Shown: positions 44,279-53,921, numbered from the stretch's first letter. The stretch: DNA of 64,000 bases from an uncultured Eubacteriales bacterium (GCA_900316745.1 ONEB01000011.1:6105-70104), one strand, 5' to 3'. Program-made: numbers and translations. Notes: generated by a model from the sequence alone, not told the origin.

Positions 44279-45076
44279 TCATGAAATGATGGAGATATAG
44301 GGAGACAGGAGCTCCTGCCGTTCCTCAACTGCCGCCACAACGAGCCGCTGATCGTGATCCGCGCAGGTGGAGCGCGTCAGGATTTGGTCACCCAATCGGG
44401 GCTGCTGCCCCGTCCAAAGCGCAGCCTTGCTCAGCAGCGTTTGAATGCCGGTATCATATACCTCTGCGGTGGCTGGGCACAGGAAGCTATACCATGCGTC
44501 CGTTTTGTTCAGCTGCGCAACCGCAAACACTTTGAAGGTTCGCATCCCGGATGAAGTCTCGAAATAGAGCTTTTGGTGTGCTGTCAAATAGCGGCGGTCA
44601 AAATAGGCTTTCAGACCGCCGAACATGGAGCCGTCGCGCATGTTGTGTCCGTAGATGATCAGGTTATGGTTCTCGGTCGTGCAGTGATAGTCCAAAAACG
44701 GCACACCAGCGTAGCTGTAGCTGCCGTAAAAATCCCGATGCAGATACCGCTGCGGCTCGTCCGGTGTAAGCATGACCGGATAACTAATACAGGTATCCGG
44801 AATACTGAGCCACCCGATGCAGTCCGGGTTGGATGCGCGCAGGTGTGCGATATCATGACACACAACTTCGGCCGCATCGCTCTTGGGTTTATCCGCCTCC
44901 GCCTCCGCTTTCTCAGCCGGGAGCGCACTCTCCTGATCCAGCATCTCAAAGGTTTCCTGTTCCTGTTTTCGCTGTATGGTCTCTTTCCACGCCTCCCGGA
45001 TCGAGAAGCAGGTCGCCGCCACCAGCAGAAGAGATAGAACGGCAATCACGATCTTAGCTCTTTGGCGCATCGGCAT
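44279..45076 (-). CDS. Class B sortase
   Basis: NPDCIGWLSIPDTCISYPV, IIYGHNMRDGSMFGGL (His), ILTRSTCAD (Cys), QRLVVAAV (Arg). N-terminal TM segment. Start at M26/M28 of the track ORF. Confidence 0.8.
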   Translation of the reverse strand: MPMRQRAKIVIAVLSLLLVAATCFSIREAWKETIQRKQEQETFEMLDQESALPAEKAEAEADKPKSDAAEVVCHDIAHLRASNPDCIGWLSIPDTCISYPVMLTPDEPQRYLHRDFYGSYSYAGVPFLDYHCTTENHNLIIYGHNMRDGSMFGGLKAYFDRRYLTAHQKLYFETSSGMRTFKVFAVAQLNKTDAWYSFLCPATAEVYDTGIQTLLSKAALWTGQQPRLGDQILTRSTCADHDQRLVVAAVEERQELLSPYISIIS

Positions 45077-45665
45077 ATCCCTCATAATACTGAGCACCAT
45101 CCACATCCGGCATCTGCTCGCCATACATAGATGCTTCGAAGTACAGCGCAAGGAAGCGCTTGATCTCCTCTTTCTCTAACCGCCGCACTTCAAATCCCTG
45201 CTCCGAGATTGTTTTCTCCACACGGTTTGCCGCGTCAAAAACCTGCTTCTCCTTCTGCCCCTTCAGGCGAGCGAGAAACAGAAACTGCCGCGCCGTCGCC
45301 ATTTCGATCTGCTTTCCGTCCAGGAATGCCATGTCCTGCTCCAGAAGCGAACGAATCTTCGGATTGCTCTCCGACGCCGTCCGCGCTTTGAGATAGGCTT
45401 TGTTGTCATCAAAGCACTCGCTTGAGTCCGTGCAGGTAATCTCCAGATCCGGTACAGCAGAGAGCACCATCATCAGATGACGAATCTTGATCTCAATGTT
45501 GGCATACGAGAGTACGGAGATATTCGTGGGAGACACCAAGAAGAAGATCAGCTCCCCCTTTTCCGTCTCAAGTCCGTAGTTCGTAAATCCCTTGATCCCG
45601 ATCAGATCCTGCACGGATCTCCCCTTTCGCTTCTTTCGTTTCTTTTTCATGCCAGTTACCTCCAC
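45054..45665 (-). CDS. ICE conjugation-module protein (203 aa) resembling a stand-alone VirB4 N-terminal domain
   Basis: Basic N-terminus (KKKRKKRKGR), then SVQDLIGIKGF...ELIFFLVSPTNISVLS... The layout parallels the N-terminus of the 42430-44259 ATPase by eye. No NTPase motifs. Confidence 0.45.
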   Translation of the reverse strand: MEVTGMKKKRKKRKGRSVQDLIGIKGFTNYGLETEKGELIFFLVSPTNISVLSYANIEIKIRHLMMVLSAVPDLEITCTDSSECFDDNKAYLKARTASESNPKIRSLLEQDMAFLDGKQIEMATARQFLFLARLKGQKEKQVFDAANRVEKTISEQGFEVRRLEKEEIKRFLALYFEASMYGEQMPDVDGAQYYEGYADAPKS

Positions 45666-45922
45666 TCAAAATATTGCTGCGTTGTAATGAAATAACGTAC
45701 CGCATATCGGAGGAAATCCAGAATGGTGGTGTCCTCCATACGGATAGTCAGGAATCCGTAACACAGCGTTGCCGCAGCCGGAACGAGCCAATGCAGCTCC
45801 ACAAGCACCACAATTGAGAGCAGCGCCGCGATTGCGAGAATCGCAAAATCCCGCAGACTCCAAAGCCAAAGATTTGCCTTCGCCTTCAGATTCTGCGGGT
45901 AAAGATATCTGGTTGTCATCAT
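45656..45922 (-). CDS. PrgI/VirB3/TcpE-like small membrane protein
   Basis: 88 aa with two hydrophobic helices; positioned between the VirB6-like and VirB4-like genes. Confidence 0.55.
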   Translation of the reverse strand: MMTTRYLYPQNLKAKANLWLWSLRDFAILAIAALLSIVVLVELHWLVPAAATLCYGFLTIRMEDTTILDFLRYAVRYFITTQQYFEWR

Positions 45923-45929
45923 GTCCTCC

Positions 45930-46859
45930 TTATCTTGCGTGAGACAGCACGCGGGTGAGATTCACCGCAGTACTGGTGGCGTGTACCACATTCATCATGT
46001 TAAAGCGGACAGAGGAATCCAGACCGAATTGCTGGGCAATGCGAGGCACCTCGTTTGCAGCCAGCATGATACCGAGCCCAAGAAGCATGTGATCCGGGAA
46101 CGTCAGCAATCCGAGATAAAGCAGCGTCGTCTGCATAAAAGCCGTGAGGCAGATTGCAATGACCTGCTTGATCCACTGTGTAAAGCCTTCTGAATATCCG
46201 CGCGGCACACTGAACATATACAGTGCGCCGACTGAGATCTGCACCAGAAGGATGCCGCCGCGCCGAATATTCTGAAAGAAGATCTTTACCACACAGTAGG
46301 CAAACGCGATCAGGCAGAGCAGGTTCATAAGTCCCAGCTCCATCTGTCCGTCTATGGTGAAGGAATGCGTCAGAACGGACAGGCTTCGCTCCGCCAGGGA
46401 GGCAGTTTGCTCATCTGCCACGAGCACGGCAAGATCATGAGAAAATGTGTTTTGCAGAGAAATACAGAACTTATAAAGCTCAATCGGCACCTTCCCGATC
46501 AGACTACAGGCGAAAAAGCCCTTGAAGATGTTGAGTGCCGTGGTCTTAATGCTGGCGCGACCGGTTTGGTATTCCACCGCCAGATCGAACACCGCAACCA
46601 CCACACCTGCGGCAAACAGCGACCAGCCGAAGAGCGTAAACAGGCGAACGACCGCCTCCACCCACGCAAGGTCAAAGATGTCCGCGCCCATGTTCCCCAT
46701 CTGCTCGAAGAAATCTGCCACCGCTCCGAAAATGGTTTCGTACCACCAGTGCAGAAGCGCATCAAATATCGTGTTGGAAAGCTCTCTCCCCAGCCCGACG
46801 ATCGTCTCGCCGATCGCATCGCCGATAGCGGAAAAGATGTCTCCCAACCAATCAAACAT
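45930..46859 (-). CDS. VirB6/TrbL-like polytopic membrane protein
   Basis: 309 aa with at least 6 hydrophobic helices; standard position in Clostridia ICE T4SS modules. Confidence 0.65.
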   Translation of the reverse strand: MFDWLGDIFSAIGDAIGETIVGLGRELSNTIFDALLHWWYETIFGAVADFFEQMGNMGADIFDLAWVEAVVRLFTLFGWSLFAAGVVVAVFDLAVEYQTGRASIKTTALNIFKGFFACSLIGKVPIELYKFCISLQNTFSHDLAVLVADEQTASLAERSLSVLTHSFTIDGQMELGLMNLLCLIAFAYCVVKIFFQNIRRGGILLVQISVGALYMFSVPRGYSEGFTQWIKQVIAICLTAFMQTTLLYLGLLTFPDHMLLGLGIMLAANEVPRIAQQFGLDSSVRFNMMNVVHATSTAVNLTRVLSHAR

Positions 46860-46917
46860 TGCGTTTCACCTCCAGATCAGATATGGCGGAGCATCCGAAG
46901 ATGCCCCGCCTGATGCC

Positions 46918-47250
46918 TCAGATGATGGTCCAGATATACATTGGTGCGGTCAGCGTGAAGATCAGGCACCCAAACAGAATGCAGGGTGCCGCGAACTCGA
47001 ACTGGCCGTGCTTCCGATAATCGAAATAGGACGTTCCAACCTTCACGAAGAAGAGAATGGCAAGAATCATATCCACCACAGGAAACACGACGTTATCAAC
47101 CACCGACTGCACCTGTGCCTTCGCCGCCACCCAGGTAGACTGAATGGCTCCAGAGACATCTCCTGCCGCAAACGCACTAATGCTCAGAAGCATCGGCAGT
47201 GAAAGCGCGAGGACGGCGATGATCCAAATCCGCTTCTTTTTCATGCTCAT
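46918..47250 (-). CDS. Small secreted/membrane protein (Maff2-like)
   Basis: Signal-like N-terminus plus two hydrophobic helices. ATG at 47250 lies 6 nt after GGGAGGTG. Confidence 0.5.
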   Translation of the reverse strand: MSMKKKRIWIIAVLALSLPMLLSISAFAAGDVSGAIQSTWVAAKAQVQSVVDNVVFPVVDMILAILFFVKVGTSYFDYRKHGQFEFAAPCILFGCLIFTLTAPMYIWTII

Positions 47251-47280
47251 AGCAATCACCTCCCAATCTGCAGAGCATAC

Positions 47281-50200
47281 TTATTCTTCTTCCGTTTCTT
47301 CTCTTCGGATCTTCCAATAAACAATCACACAGGCGATCACGCCGCCGAGTGCGACTCCGGCGCAGGCAAGCCACATGCCGATTCTCGAATTATCACCGGT
47401 CTTGGGCGTGTCAGGCGTGTGAATTGTCACGGTCTGATTCTGATCCTTCAGATCCGCATGCGTCATGACGAGTTCCTCGTCACGGTACATTGCCTCAAAC
47501 ACGACGAGGGTCGTATCCGTCTTGATCGAAGCACCATCAAAGGTGAAGGTAACGTCAATCGTGCCATCCTTTGTCTCCGGCATGAATTTCACCTCGGACA
47601 CGACTGCCTCACCATTGACCGTGAAGGGTTCTCCGGTTTTCTGATCGACGAGCACGCCCTTGAGCGTGTACTCCTTGCCGACCACCAGATTCGTGAACGT
47701 CACTGTATCCGTAATCTTCACGGTTTTTGTGACGACGGCCTCCTTTTCCCCATTCACCTTCGCGGTGGTATGCATCGTCGGGACGCGGATGGTCACAGTT
47801 TGCCCCTCATCCTTCAAATCAGCATGTACAGCGAGCTCCCGCTCTCCATCGTACACAAACTCGAACGCGACCAACGTGGTATCCTCTGTCAGCAAAGCGG
47901 AATCAAAATCAAAGGACAGTTCCACTGTGCCCTCCGAGGTCTCCGGAATGAAAATTACGCTTGCAGCGATCTCCTGGTCCCCCTGCTTAAAGATCTCACC
48001 GGTCTTGCCATCCATCAACGTACCGGAGACCGTGTACTCTCTTCCGGGCTCCAGACCACGGTACGAAACCACATCCACAAGTGTCAGCATATGGTCCTTC
48101 ACGACCTCATGCTCTCCGTTGATCGTGGCAGTCGTACCGATTTCCGGCGTGTACACAGTCTGATCCTCATCGGTAATGTCCGCATGAATGGCGACCTCAC
48201 GTCCCTGATAAGAAACAGACTCAAACGCTACCGTGGTTTTACCGCGCAGGATCGTTGCGTCATCAATGTGGAATGTGATCTCCACACTGCCGTCCTTCTT
48301 CTCGGGTGAAAAGGTCTGCGTCGCGGTGATCGGGTTCCCATCCGCGTCGAGAATTGCCTCGCCGGTGGACTTATCCATCAGCGTTCCTGCGAGCGTATAC
48401 TCCTTACCGGGCTGCAGGCTGGTATACTGCACGGTATCCACGAGATCAATCTGCCCGTCTGCTTTGGCAGAGTGCGTACCGTCAATCGTCGCAGTCGTAC
48501 CGATGTGCGGCCACCAGATCGTCTGTCCCTCGTCCTTCAGGTCCGCGTGGGTCACAAGCTCCTTGCCATCTCGGGAAAGAGCTTCAAACACAACCGTCAC
48601 CTTGCCCTCCAGAATGGATGCATCGGCAATCTCAAACACCACCTCGATATCCTCAGACGATTTTGCAGCCTTGAATTCCTTCTCTGCTGTGATGTCCTTG
48701 CCGTCATGCTGAACTGCCTTGCCAGTCGCCTTATCCATCAGGGTCGCATGAAGCTGATAGGTTGTGCCGACTACGAGGTTCTTGCAGTGAACCGTGTCCG
48801 TGAGCTTGACGCTGCCTGCGGGCTTTGCCACCTGTGCGCCATCCACAGCGGCGGTAGTACCAATGGTCGGAATCGGGACGTCCTCGGTCTTGAAGGTGCC
48901 GGTCTTGTTCTCCGCATTGACAGTGACAGGGCCGATCACGGCGGCATTCAGCTCATAGCCAGCGGGAGCCTTACTCTCCTTGGCGTAATAGCTGCCGTAA
49001 GGAACCGTGATGGAATTGGATTTACCACTCTGATCCGTGGTCAGCTTGCCAACGGCGGTTTTGCAGGCAGCGTCGCTGTACACGGTGTACTCCGCACCAG
49101 CAAGGGAAATGCCGCTGTTCACAACAGCGGAGGTTTTCATGAGCGTGACATCGCCGGTCTCCGGCGCGTCGCTCGCCTGAAACACGCCGGTTTCACCCGG
49201 CTTGACAGTCACAGACAAAACCTCACTGTTGAGCTTGTAGCCCTTCGGTGCTTTGCTCTCTCTGGCGTAGTAGGTTCCCGCCGGAACCGTGAGCGTTTCG
49301 GAAGTACCATCGTCCTTGGTGGTCAGCGTACCAACCTTGGTCTTGCAATCCTTGTCCGAAAACACATCGTAGGTCGCATTGGCGAGGGAGTAATTCTCAT
49401 TTCCGCTCGTGATCTTGGCATCCGATGAGACTTTCTTCAGCGAGGCATAACCGGGGACATACACATCCTGCACCTTGAGGATCGCGGTCTCATTTGCTTT
49501 TACGACCATCGTATGGACTGTTTCATCCTCCTCAAATCCGGCAGGCGCTTTGGTCTCCTTCACATAGTAGGTACCGGCATCAAGCTCAACGGTCTGGGAA
49601 TTGCCGTTTTTGTCCGTTTTCAGGACAGCAACGGACTTCTTGAGCTGATCATCGGCATACACGGTATACTCCGCGCCCTCAAGAGAATAGTAGCTGTTGC
49701 CGCTCGTGATTTCGGGATTGGCAGACTGCTTCTGGAGCTTGCCGCTGCCGGTGGTCGGCGTCGGATGGTCCGTCGCGTTGAACACGCCGGGGGTGTTGGA
49801 GGCATTGACCGCAACAGGTCCGAGAACTTCAGAATTGAGCTCAAAACCCTTCGGCGCTTTGGTCTCTTTGGCGTAATAGCTGCCTTCCTTGACGTTCAAG
49901 ATATCCGACACGCCGTTATCTCCGGTCGTCAGAACGCCGACCTTTTGGGTGCAATTGGCATCACTGTACACGGTGTACTCCGCGCCGCCGAGACTGTACT
50001 TGCTGTTATTGTCCGTAAGCGCAGGATTGGAGGAGACCTTCTTGAGGTACAGAGGAAATTTCGGGACAGCATGCATCCAGACAAGATCCTGCAGGCCGTT
50101 GTCAGAGCCCTTCAGCCGATACACATACGCTTGGCTGGTAGCGTTGGGGTTGGCATTCGCCCAGTTGGTGATCTGCTCCAGCAGACCGCCGGAACCAAGG

Positions 50201-50937
50201 ATTTTGGACTGCATGGCAGAGTCCCATCTGTACGGCGTGCCATGAGAGCCGGGATCATAGAGATAACCAAGGATCGCATGAACCGTCGCAAACATCGTAT
50301 CAGAGGCAGCGAGGCTCGGATCGATGACGCTCCAAAAATCCTGATGATACTCAGGAAGCGGGCCGAACGGACTCGTGAGGATCACGGCCTTGAACACATT
50401 CAGCGTGGTATAAGGCGTATCCTCGTTCGCATTCAGACGCTGAACCGCCGCGCCGCTGTAATGACCGGTGTTCGGTCCTGACATGGACGGGCAAGCGCAA
50501 AACGCTGCGCTCGCGAAGTTTTTGTCTCCCTCATGTGCAAGGGCACCTTCACCCATCCACACCGAGTAATAGTCTGTGACATAGCCGTCGCCGTAGCGCA
50601 CATAGCCGCCGCGCTGAAGGTAAATGCTCTCTCCGGCAGGAACGCTCAGAACGGTTGCTCCGCTGGATTGTTCACCGCGCACAATGGCGTTATAGTCCGT
50701 ATCCTCCCAGCAGGCCATAATGCCGATGGCAGTATCGTTCAGGGCAGCTACAACGGGCGAAATGGTGAACGTATCTTCTTCCGGCAAAGGCTCCGGGGAT
50801 TCCGGCGCAGGAGACACAGCGTCCTCTTCGTGCTCCACTTCCGGCTCGGAGGCAATCACCGCGGGTGAGAAAATCGAAATCAGGGCAATGGCGCACAGCA
50901 GCAGTGCCAGCCATCTGGTTGCAGGTTTTGTTTTCAT
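47281..50937 (-). CDS. Sortase-anchored surface adhesin: putative thioester-type N-terminal domain, 4 SpaA/prealbumin-like domains, 4 VaFE repeats, TPKTG sorting signal
   Basis: Signal peptide. AAFCACPSMSG...GLQDLVW is a candidate Cys/Gln thioester pair. YSLxGAEYTVYxD units x4. IGTTAxxDG...V(V/A)FE...HADLKDEGQTV units x4. C-terminal TPKTGD-hydrophobic-KIRREE. Confidence 0.85.
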   Translation of the reverse strand: MKTKPATRWLALLLCAIALISIFSPAVIASEPEVEHEEDAVSPAPESPEPLPEEDTFTISPVVAALNDTAIGIMACWEDTDYNAIVRGEQSSGATVLSVPAGESIYLQRGGYVRYGDGYVTDYYSVWMGEGALAHEGDKNFASAAFCACPSMSGPNTGHYSGAAVQRLNANEDTPYTTLNVFKAVILTSPFGPLPEYHQDFWSVIDPSLAASDTMFATVHAILGYLYDPGSHGTPYRWDSAMQSKILGSGGLLEQITNWANANPNATSQAYVYRLKGSDNGLQDLVWMHAVPKFPLYLKKVSSNPALTDNNSKYSLGGAEYTVYSDANCTQKVGVLTTGDNGVSDILNVKEGSYYAKETKAPKGFELNSEVLGPVAVNASNTPGVFNATDHPTPTTGSGKLQKQSANPEITSGNSYYSLEGAEYTVYADDQLKKSVAVLKTDKNGNSQTVELDAGTYYVKETKAPAGFEEDETVHTMVVKANETAILKVQDVYVPGYASLKKVSSDAKITSGNENYSLANATYDVFSDKDCKTKVGTLTTKDDGTSETLTVPAGTYYARESKAPKGYKLNSEVLSVTVKPGETGVFQASDAPETGDVTLMKTSAVVNSGISLAGAEYTVYSDAACKTAVGKLTTDQSGKSNSITVPYGSYYAKESKAPAGYELNAAVIGPVTVNAENKTGTFKTEDVPIPTIGTTAAVDGAQVAKPAGSVKLTDTVHCKNLVVGTTYQLHATLMDKATGKAVQHDGKDITAEKEFKAAKSSEDIEVVFEIADASILEGKVTVVFEALSRDGKELVTHADLKDEGQTIWWPHIGTTATIDGTHSAKADGQIDLVDTVQYTSLQPGKEYTLAGTLMDKSTGEAILDADGNPITATQTFSPEKKDGSVEITFHIDDATILRGKTTVAFESVSYQGREVAIHADITDEDQTVYTPEIGTTATINGEHEVVKDHMLTLVDVVSYRGLEPGREYTVSGTLMDGKTGEIFKQGDQEIAASVIFIPETSEGTVELSFDFDSALLTEDTTLVAFEFVYDGERELAVHADLKDEGQTVTIRVPTMHTTAKVNGEKEAVVTKTVKITDTVTFTNLVVGKEYTLKGVLVDQKTGEPFTVNGEAVVSEVKFMPETKDGTIDVTFTFDGASIKTDTTLVVFEAMYRDEELVMTHADLKDQNQTVTIHTPDTPKTGDNSRIGMWLACAGVALGGVIACVIVYWKIRREETEEE
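47422..48864 (-). repeat. Four tandem ~120-aa VaFE-type repeats (coding)
   Basis: Units start IGTTAAVDG, IGTTATIDG, IGTTATING, MHTTAKVNG and contain VVFEAL / VAFESV / VAFEFV / VVFEAM. Confidence 0.8.
48868..50052 (-). repeat. Four tandem ~95-aa SpaA/Cna-B-like repeats (coding)
   Basis: Recurrent ...YSL-x-GAEYTVY-x-D...G-x-YY-x-KE-x-KAP-x-G(F/Y)... Confidence 0.75.
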
Positions 50938-50952
50938 GTACTACTCTCCTTT

Positions 50953-50982
50953 CAAAAAAATGAGCAGCCGTCAAAGGCTGCT
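50953..50982 (-). terminator. Weak stem-loop plus U-tract between the YodL-like gene and the adhesin gene (possible attenuator)
   Basis: In mRNA sense: AGCAGCC-TTTGAC-GGCTGCT followed by CATTTTTTTGAAAGGAGAG (the adhesin SD follows immediately). Confidence 0.4.
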
Positions 50983-51037
50983 TTCTGTCGTTTTATAGAT
51001 GACGCTGAGGGCGGGGCTCTCGCACGATAGTGTTGTT

Positions 51038-51727
51038 TCATTGCTCCAACCCCACGAAATAGAAGCCGGTATCCTCCTCGACTTCCTCCGGTGTGATCTC
51101 ATCCGGGACTTCAAAGATCCGCATATACTCCGCAGCTTCCGCATCCGACAGGCTGCGGAAGGTCTCTCCACCGTCTCCACAGATGAAGAACGATCCGGCC
51201 ATGATCGAATCTGTCTCGGGGATATAGCGGTTCCCCTCCATGCCGAGCAGCTTGGATTCTTCATTTCCGACCAGAATCACACCGTCTCCCATGTAGATTG
51301 GCTCGATCAGCCCACCGCCGACCGCCTTCTGCTCTGCTTCCAGCGTATCCGGAATTTCCGCTTCGTAAGGCGGCTTATGCGGCTCCACATACAGAATCCG
51401 CATCAAATTCTCGGGCTTCTGCGTTTTTGTCTCATCAAACGGGATTTCCTGAAATCCAACGAAATCGCAGAAATATGCTTTCCCCTGCATGCAAACGACG
51501 TCGGACATGGACAAGGAGTGACCGCGAAACAGCGGGTGATACTCCGAATTAAACTTGGCATACAGATCCTCCAATCCCATTTCATCCACTTCCGCGTTGA
51601 ACACCTCATCGTAGATCGTGGGATCGATTTGATCGCTCCCGAGAAGCTCCTGAAGCTGCGTTGTGCTGAGAAACTTCACATGGTTCGTATCCCGGTAGGG
51701 ATTCACCTGATAGATTTTGACGCGCAT
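51038..51727 (-). CDS. YodL-like / DUF3846-like two-domain ICE protein
   Basis: MRVKIYQV...FRGHSLSMSDVV fits a YodL-like N-terminus as I recall it. The C-terminal half LIEPIYMGDGVILVGNEE...FFICG is DUF3846-like. Confidence 0.5.
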   Translation of the reverse strand: MRVKIYQVNPYRDTNHVKFLSTTQLQELLGSDQIDPTIYDEVFNAEVDEMGLEDLYAKFNSEYHPLFRGHSLSMSDVVCMQGKAYFCDFVGFQEIPFDETKTQKPENLMRILYVEPHKPPYEAEIPDTLEAEQKAVGGGLIEPIYMGDGVILVGNEESKLLGMEGNRYIPETDSIMAGSFFICGDGGETFRSLSDAEAAEYMRIFEVPDEITPEEVEEDTGFYFVGLEQ

Positions 51728-51728
51728 A

Positions 51729-52151
51729 TCATATTCCTCCTATGATCATATCGTGAGACTGCACTGGCACTTGCACAGGCTCCGACGCCAGCACATGATC
51801 TGTAAACAGGCTCGTGAGTCCGGGGTGACTGCGAACGCAATAGTCCCGAACAAACGTTTCATCCGGAACCTCCTGCTCCGACGCCCAGCGCTTGTTCTCC
51901 CGCGACACTCTTCCGTCAAAATCCAGCTTCTGAATGGTGGCCGCCAGAACAAACTTCACACGATCCGCTCCGAACAGCCGGAGCACAGCTTCGGTGCCAT
52001 CCCGCAGATGATATTCCCGGTAGTGGCTTGCAATAGCCGCCTCGATGGCACGGGCGCAGGCGCAGTTTTTCTTATAGCTTTCACGCCACTGCTGCTGCTC
52101 CATTTCGGTATTCGCTTCCGCCAACGGAAGCAGAAAGATGTAATCATCCAT
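51729..52151 (-). CDS. DUF3849-like ICE protein
   Basis: ...WRESYKKNCACARAIEAAI... pattern. Probable ATG at 52151; the track starts at GTG 52160. Confidence 0.5.
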   Translation of the reverse strand: MDDYIFLLPLAEANTEMEQQQWRESYKKNCACARAIEAAIASHYREYHLRDGTEAVLRLFGADRVKFVLAATIQKLDFDGRVSRENKRWASEQEVPDETFVRDYCVRSHPGLTSLFTDHVLASEPVQVPVQSHDMIIGGI

Positions 52152-52199
52152 GCGTATCACCTACCGGCGGCGTCTCGCCCAAAAACCGATAAACCCGCT

Positions 52200-52379
52200 T
52201 CACTGGAAGTCGTCCTCCTCTTCATTTTCCGGGTCGAGTTCGCCGGGCTCCAGATCAATCACGCTGATATGAAAGACTTCATCGCGGTAATAGGTCTGCA
52301 GGACTGCATTCGGATTCGACTTCAGAAGCCCCGTCATCAGGCGCGGCAGGCGAATTTGCAGGGTAAGATGGGTTGTCAC
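52200..52379 (-). CDS. Possible 59-aa ORF coupled to the Dam methylase gene
   Basis: Below the track cutoff. GTG at 52379 overlaps the methylase TGA (GTGA), with AGGAGG ~10 nt upstream. Translation (V)TTHLTLQIRLPRLMTGLLKSNPNAVLQTYYRDEVFHISVIDLEPGELDPENEEEDDFQ. Confidence 0.35.
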   Translation of the reverse strand: MTTHLTLQIRLPRLMTGLLKSNPNAVLQTYYRDEVFHISVIDLEPGELDPENEEEDDFQ

Positions 52380-53395
52380 GATTCATTTCCTCCTTGGTAT
52401 TTGTTATTTGGTACAATGCGCTCCCGCATTGCTGATTCACTGTCCAGATCCGCTCCGAACAGGTCAAGCTGAACCGGCTTGACACGTTCTCTTTCGTACA
52501 GGTCATAATTGGCAATCAGCAGCTCCGGAAACAGGTTCTTTTCTTCATCGTCCTCATACGGGCTGCGAAACTGATTTCGCATGCTGTGATTTCGATAGAA
52601 GAAGAACATTTCATAGCCCTCATAGAGCTCGCAGATCTCCGGACACTGGTTATACGACAGGAGAAACTTTCCCTGGATCTGCCCCAGCGTCTCCCGAAGC
52701 CGGACATGATCCTCCCATCGAAATGGGACGTCATACATATCCTCTGTGGAGAAATACGGCGGGTCGAGATAGAAGAATGCGTTCTCCCGGTCATAGTGTT
52801 TGATCAGAGTCTCAAAATCCTGATTCTCAATCACGACGTTCTGCAGGCGCGATTCCGCTGCCTGCACAAGATTGTGAAGATTTGCCAGATTGAACGGGCG
52901 ACCTCCAAAGGAGTCGCCCTTACTGGCATAGCTGCACCGAAGCTGCTTGAAAAAAGCGACAGCACGCCGGACATCATAGTCTCCGGCGCGCTGTCGCTGC
53001 ATGGCTTGCAGTTCTTTCGCTTCGAATGGCGGGAACAGAATCTCGGTAAGCTCCAACTCCTCCTGCAGAAACCGATTTTGCATATCCTCATCACCGCGCA
53101 GGAATCGCTTCCAAGCATAGAAGTCTCCGCGGGCGTTCAGATGGCAAAAGCCCAGTTCTCTGAGAAATGCCATGTTCCTGTCCCGCAGGCAACGGAACAG
53201 ATTCACAAGATCTCTATCGAAATCATTATAGACCTCAAACGGCGCCACCGTCGGCGTGTCCAGAAGCACGCTGCCCGATCCGCCGAACACATCGATGAAT
53301 CGCTCATACTCCAGCGGAAACAGCGCATAAAGGATGTGGCGAATGGCGCTCTTGTTCCCCACGCGGGAAACAGGTGTTTTCAAGTGGATTCCCAC
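52376..53395 (-). CDS. Orphan N6-adenine DNA methyltransferase (Dam / D12 class)
   Basis: N-terminal VGNKSAI...FIDVFGGSGSV (SAM-binding) and catalytic YLDPPY. No adjacent restriction endonuclease. Confidence 0.85.
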   Translation of the reverse strand: MGIHLKTPVSRVGNKSAIRHILYALFPLEYERFIDVFGGSGSVLLDTPTVAPFEVYNDFDRDLVNLFRCLRDRNMAFLRELGFCHLNARGDFYAWKRFLRGDEDMQNRFLQEELELTEILFPPFEAKELQAMQRQRAGDYDVRRAVAFFKQLRCSYASKGDSFGGRPFNLANLHNLVQAAESRLQNVVIENQDFETLIKHYDRENAFFYLDPPYFSTEDMYDVPFRWEDHVRLRETLGQIQGKFLLSYNQCPEICELYEGYEMFFFYRNHSMRNQFRSPYEDDEEKNLFPELLIANYDLYERERVKPVQLDLFGADLDSESAMRERIVPNNKYQGGNES

Positions 53396-53592
53396 CTTTC
53401 TCGACCAGCATCTTCTTCTCCCTGCAGCAAATTCATGCTGCGCATCGCCTCGTCCAGATCGGCGCCCCCGCGAACCGCTTCCAGCACGTTTTCATACGCA
53501 TGGATGCGGTTGATCTGAAGGAAGCACATAATAATCATCATAAAGATGCCACCGACCCCAAAGCCTACAAAAAACCAAATCGCTTTTGTCAT
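53380..53592 (-). CDS. Small membrane protein (70 aa)
   Basis: Single strong TM segment (IWFFVGFGVGGIFMMIIMCFL); overlaps both neighbouring genes. Confidence 0.4.
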   Translation of the reverse strand: MTKAIWFFVGFGVGGIFMMIIMCFLQINRIHAYENVLEAVRGGADLDEAMRSMNLLQGEEDAGRERWEST

Positions 53593-53921
53593 TGCAAATT
53601 CATCCCTTCATTTTCTTCCGGCAGGTAAGCATTGCTGACAGCATCCTCACCCAGTTCCTCGAGCAGCGCATGATACTGCTCTACATCTTCACATCTGTGA
53701 ATACCAAATTCCGCACACATGCGGTCATACGCTTCACGGTTCTCTCCCGGAGAATCCAGCGACGTGTTCAGATCCAGCCACGCTTTTCCGTAGTCCCATG
53801 CAACACACAGATAGGTTGGGTAGCCGCCGGTCTGATCACATTGAAAATCCGGTGACACGAAGAAGTCCTCCGACTCCTGCGTCAGCATCTGCGTCTGCTC
53901 CAGAAATGCTTGATAGACCAT
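53589..53921 (-). CDS. ICE hypothetical protein (110 aa)
   Basis: ATG at 53921 overlaps the upstream TAA (TAATG). The track ORF extension to 54128 overlaps the upstream gene. Confidence 0.45.
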   Translation of the reverse strand: MVYQAFLEQTQMLTQESEDFFVSPDFQCDQTGGYPTYLCVAWDYGKAWLDLNTSLDSPGENREAYDRMCAEFGIHRCEDVEQYHALLEELGEDAVSNAYLPEENEGMNLQ

